DNA of 64,000 nucleotides from an uncultured Alphaproteobacteria bacterium (GTDB lineage Bacteria; Pseudomonadota; Alphaproteobacteria; UBA3830; CAYLKK01): NCBI GenBank assembly GCA_964412505.1, contig CAYPOM010000006.1, positions 9,437 to 73,436 of the forward strand, read 5' to 3'. Shown piece by piece: positions 60,828 to 64,000 of this stretch (position 1 is its first letter; each line of letters starts with the position of its first letter). The notes under the pieces were generated by a model. It saw only the letters and a program-made list of their open reading frames with translations, ran no database searches and was not told where the DNA came from. The position numbers and the translations under genes were made by a program.

Positions 60828-62879
60828 ATGTTAAAAAAAATAGCATGTGGTTTAATTTTAGTAGGATTAGGATTTGGAGTATATTTTATGTGCACGAAAA
60901 AACAATGCAACGATATAGAAAAAACGAATTGCGTAGTTTCAAATGAAAATGGCAATTTAATCCCAAGACATGTATTATTAAGTAAACCAGATAGGTTTAG
61001 TGTTAGACTAAGCCCAGATGGATCAAAAATTTCATATTTATCAAGAAATGAAAATACAGTTGAATTAGTAATCGCAGACCATAGTTTAGATATTGTGCAA
61101 AAGTTTCCTGTGAAAGAAAGTGTCGGTATGTTTAGCTATCGTTGGGCAAAGACAAATAAGCATATTTTAATGTATCAAGATGCAGATGGAGATGAAAATG
61201 ATAATATAATTTGTTTCAATGTAGAGACCGGGGAAAAAAAAGAGCTAACTCAATACAAAAAAGTAAAATCTTGCATACTAGCAATTTCCGAAAACTATCC
61301 AGAAGAAATTCGCATCATAACAAATGAACGCGACCCAACGATCTTTGATATATATTCATTAAATATAATTACAGGCGAAAAAAAACTGGTTTTTGAAAAC
61401 AAAGAAAATTTCGCTGGATTTATTTTAGACGTTAATTACAACTTGCGATTTGTATCTAAAATTTTATCTGATGGATCAAGCGAATATTTTGATGTTACAG
61501 AAAATGGGTATAATTCTATATTCAAAATTTCTTATGAGGACTCCAAAAATACTGGTTTTAATCACCTCAGCAAAGATGGGAAAACTTTGTATGGTTGCAG
61601 TTCTATAGGCAGAGACACTTCAGCAGTTTTTTCATATGATATAGAAACAAAAAAGTTTACGACGATTTTAGAAGACGATCTTTCAGATGTAGGTATCGCG
61701 AATTTGTGTCCTGATACATATGAACCCGCAGTATTATCTACTGATTATACAAAGCCAAAGAGTATCGTAATCAACGAAAAATTCGCGGATATAAACTTTT
61801 TACAAGAAAAATTCGCGGATATAAACTTTTTACAAGAAAAATTCGGAAACGATATTTGTTCAGTAATTAGTGTAAATAGGAATAATGATATCTGGTTAGT
61901 TGCAAGAGATCAAATTGTAAAATCTGTCGAATACTATATTTTTGATAGAAGGAGCGGTAAAAAAGAATTGAGAAAACTTTTTTCTGCTAAACCTGCTATT
62001 GATAAATACGAGTTGCAGCCGGTTGAACCTGTCATTATCAAATCCAGAGATGGTTTGAATCTAGTAAGCTATTTAACAAAAAGTGCTACATTCACTAAAG
62101 ATACAGCGAAAAAGTTAGTCGTATTAGTTCATGGCGGCCCTTGGGCACGAGATTCATATTGTGCACATCCTTGGGGGCAATTATTGGCAAATAGAGGGTA
62201 CTCAGTATTGCAGATAAATTATAGAGGATCCGAAGGCTTTGGGAAAAAGTTTATTAATGCTATAGACAGGAATCTCGAAAAGATGAATAACGATATTATC
62301 GATGGTGTTAATTGGGCTATAGAAAATGGCATAGCTGAAAAAGGAAAAATTGCAATAATGGGAGGTAGCTTTGGAGGATATACAACTTTAGCTGGGCTTA
62401 CCTTCTTCCCTGATATCTTTTGTTGCGGTGTTGATTTCTGCGGGCCTTCTAATTGGGTAACTACGATAAAATCTAATCCTCCATATTGGGCTCAGTTTGC
62501 ACCATTGGAGTATAAAACATACGGTAACCCTAATGACGAAAAAGATGTCGAATATTTAGAAAAAATTTCCCCATATAATTACGTAGATAACGTTACAAAA
62601 CCTTTGATGGTTGTACAAGGAGCAAATGATCCAAGAGTAGTACAAGCAGAATCTGATCAAATTGTTGACAAGCTCAAAAAACAAGGAAAAGATGTAGTAT
62701 ACGTACTGTATCCAGATGAGGGACATAGTCTCATGAAAGACCTAAATAGGAAATCTTCGCTAGCATTTGCAGAGAAATTTTTAGCAAAATTTTTAGGAGG
62801 AAGCTACGAACCTATTAACGAAGAAGAACGTAGTGGATCTTCATTTAAAGTAGTAGAAGGAAGAGATATAATAGAGTAA
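60828..62879 (+). CDS. S9 family serine peptidase (prolyl oligopeptidase / dipeptidyl aminopeptidase type), membrane-anchored
   Basis: 683 aa. N-terminal anchor, beta-propeller region, and a C-terminal alpha/beta hydrolase with nucleophile elbow IMGGSFGGY plus Asp/His (GANDPRV, DEGHS). Confidence 0.88.
   Translation: MLKKIACGLILVGLGFGVYFMCTKKQCNDIEKTNCVVSNENGNLIPRHVLLSKPDRFSVRLSPDGSKISYLSRNENTVELVIADHSLDIVQKFPVKESVGMFSYRWAKTNKHILMYQDADGDENDNIICFNVETGEKKELTQYKKVKSCILAISENYPEEIRIITNERDPTIFDIYSLNIITGEKKLVFENKENFAGFILDVNYNLRFVSKILSDGSSEYFDVTENGYNSIFKISYEDSKNTGFNHLSKDGKTLYGCSSIGRDTSAVFSYDIETKKFTTILEDDLSDVGIANLCPDTYEPAVLSTDYTKPKSIVINEKFADINFLQEKFADINFLQEKFGNDICSVISVNRNNDIWLVARDQIVKSVEYYIFDRRSGKKELRKLFSAKPAIDKYELQPVEPVIIKSRDGLNLVSYLTKSATFTKDTAKKLVVLVHGGPWARDSYCAHPWGQLLANRGYSVLQINYRGSEGFGKKFINAIDRNLEKMNNDIIDGVNWAIENGIAEKGKIAIMGGSFGGYTTLAGLTFFPDIFCCGVDFCGPSNWVTTIKSNPPYWAQFAPLEYKTYGNPNDEKDVEYLEKISPYNYVDNVTKPLMVVQGANDPRVVQAESDQIVDKLKKQGKDVVYVLYPDEGHSLMKDLNRKSSLAFAEKFLAKFLGGSYEPINEEERSGSSFKVVEGRDIIE
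61776..61846 (+). repeat. perfect 30-bp in-frame tandem duplication (2.4 copies) inside the S9 peptidase gene
   Basis: GAAAAATTCGCGGATATAAACTTTTTACAA occurs at 61776-61805 and identically at 61806-61835, followed by partial GAAAAATTCGG. It encodes EKFADINFLQ EKFADINFLQ EKFG. Confidence 0.95.
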
Positions 62880-62965
62880 AATTATTTTATTGCGGTTGTT
62901 GTTTTTTGATAGTAACCAAATTTTAGGTAGTAACAGCAATTATATATACAAACTACAAAAACACT

Positions 62966-62999
62966 ATAGCCTCTATGTAATATTAGAGGCTATTTTTTT
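62966..62999 (+). terminator. rho-independent terminator downstream of the S9 peptidase gene
   Basis: ATAGCCTCTA (62966-62975), 8-nt loop, TAGAGGCTAT (62984-62993), followed by a T-run (TTTTTT to 62999). An A-rich 5' flank may let it act bidirectionally for kdsB. Confidence 0.7.
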
Positions 63000-63034
63000 A
63001 TTACTTGTAATGAATAAATGTGAAGTTTTAAATT

Positions 63035-63769
63035 TTAAATATCTCTATTATTAATAAACTTTATAACAGTTTCCATATCCTCTTGTGTATCAATACTAAG
63101 TGGGGGTAATTCGTCAATTAATGCGACATTTATTTTCATTCCAGATTCTAACGCTCGTAATTGCTCTAATTTTTCTGATTTTTCTAATGTACTTTGCTGT
63201 AAACTAACAAATTTCTCTAGTGTTTTCATTCTGTATACATAAACACCAACATGTTGATAATAAGGACCACCATGAGGGATAAGAGCCCTGCTAAAATAAT
63301 GTGCTTTTGCATACTTTTCTGAAAAAAATGTACATGCGACTTTTACAACACTTTCGCGCATATATGCATCTGATTCAATTTTTGTTATAGGCGTAGCTAT
63401 ATCTGCATCTGTCTCTTCTAACAACTTAATAGATTCGCGAATGAATGAACTACTAATATAAGGATGATCTCCTTGAAAATTTACGATGATATCGTCATTA
63501 GATGCGTAAATTTCTTTCATAGCTGCATGTACTCTATCAGTTCCAGATGGTAATGATGGATCAGTTAAAATCGCCTTACCGCCACATTTCTCAATCGCTT
63601 CTTTTATTTCATTTGAGTCGCATGCAACAATAACATCTTTATATCCAAACTCTAATGCAGTTTTATATGTTCTGACTATCAACGGTTCTCCGCAAATGTC
63701 TAACAACATTTTATTTTTTAATCTAGTTGATCCAAGTCTTGCAGGAATAACAATCTTTACTTTACTCAT
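63035..63769 (-). CDS. kdsB: 3-deoxy-manno-octulosonate cytidylyltransferase (CMP-Kdo synthetase)
   Basis: 244 aa. IPARLGSTRLKNKMLLDICGEPLI, VNFQGDHP, and the EQLRALESG motif. Confidence 0.93.
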   Translation of the reverse strand: MSKVKIVIPARLGSTRLKNKMLLDICGEPLIVRTYKTALEFGYKDVIVACDSNEIKEAIEKCGGKAILTDPSLPSGTDRVHAAMKEIYASNDDIIVNFQGDHPYISSSFIRESIKLLEETDADIATPITKIESDAYMRESVVKVACTFFSEKYAKAHYFSRALIPHGGPYYQHVGVYVYRMKTLEKFVSLQQSTLEKSEKLEQLRALESGMKINVALIDELPPLSIDTQEDMETVIKFINNRDI

Positions 63770-63899
63770 ACTAATCTCTCGATTTAAATAATAAAATTAT
63801 ACATAAAAAAATATACTAAAGCATATTACAAACAAACCCATAAAACTTATATTATTGAGCAAACTTTAAAACTGAAAACGTAATAATATTCTCGACAAC

Positions 63900-64000
63900 A
63901 TGTCGTTTACAAATATTATGAAGAATATCAATACAAGAGGAGAAATATCTATGTATCCAATTGCTGGAATATACCTACTTATAAAATTCAATGGTGGTTC
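63900..64000 (+). CDS. 5' end of an unidentified gene running off the right edge
   Basis: Frame open from 63876. Candidate ATGs at 63900, 63918 and 63951; the last is preceded by AAGAGGAGAAA. Only 17-34 codons are visible. Confidence 0.3.
   Translation, partial: MSFTNIMKNINTRGEISMYPIAGIYLLIKFNGG

Overview
Visibly AT-rich (about 30% G+C by eye, not computed), densely packed chromosomal window from a reduced-genome alphaproteobacterium of the obligate-intracellular type (Rickettsiales/Holosporales-like). The class assignment rests on the ChpT phosphotransferase, the tsaE-addB-addA and plsX-fabH-ihfA gene orders, the tgt-tamA-tamB operon and a nucleoside/SAM-type transporter set. Most of the window is housekeeping: rpsT-dnaA, trpS, recG, rpmF-plsX-fabH-ihfA-bamE, tsaE-addB-addA, mreBC, rmuC, dapE, tgt-tamA-tamB, rne, tpiA, ppiD, recA, comF, rodA, lnt, gatBA, rpsFR, kdsB. 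There are three tRNAs: initiator Met, Leu-CAA and Thr-UGU. I saw no rRNA, CRISPR array, transposase or integrase. Four things stand out. (1) A 1086-aa protein (22337..25597, minus) has a C-terminus that is an unmistakable eukaryote-type polyproline + WH2 + Central + Acidic-Trp (WCA) module. That makes it an Arp2/3 nucleation-promoting-factor mimic in the RickA/WASP sense. It is fused to an unrecognisable N-terminal region of roughly 850-900 aa and sits just downstream of a small secreted helical protein. (2) Next to tRNA-Thr lies a signal-peptide-bearing 505-aa protein with a distinct C-terminal module. It overlaps by 14 nt a small acidic ORF, the architecture of a polymorphic toxin plus immunity protein. 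A 45-bp relic copy of the toxin's translation-initiation region lies downstream. (3) tamB is split into two ORFs exactly at an A10 homopolymer, and a single extra A restores one reading frame of about 1160 aa. (4) Smaller oddities: a perfect in-frame 30-bp tandem duplication in an S9 peptidase, rodA translationally overlapped with a beta-lactamase-fold serine hydrolase instead of PBP2, a 504-aa orphan with a phage-hub-like sequence pattern, and an initiator tRNA with two U:U pairs in its T-stem.
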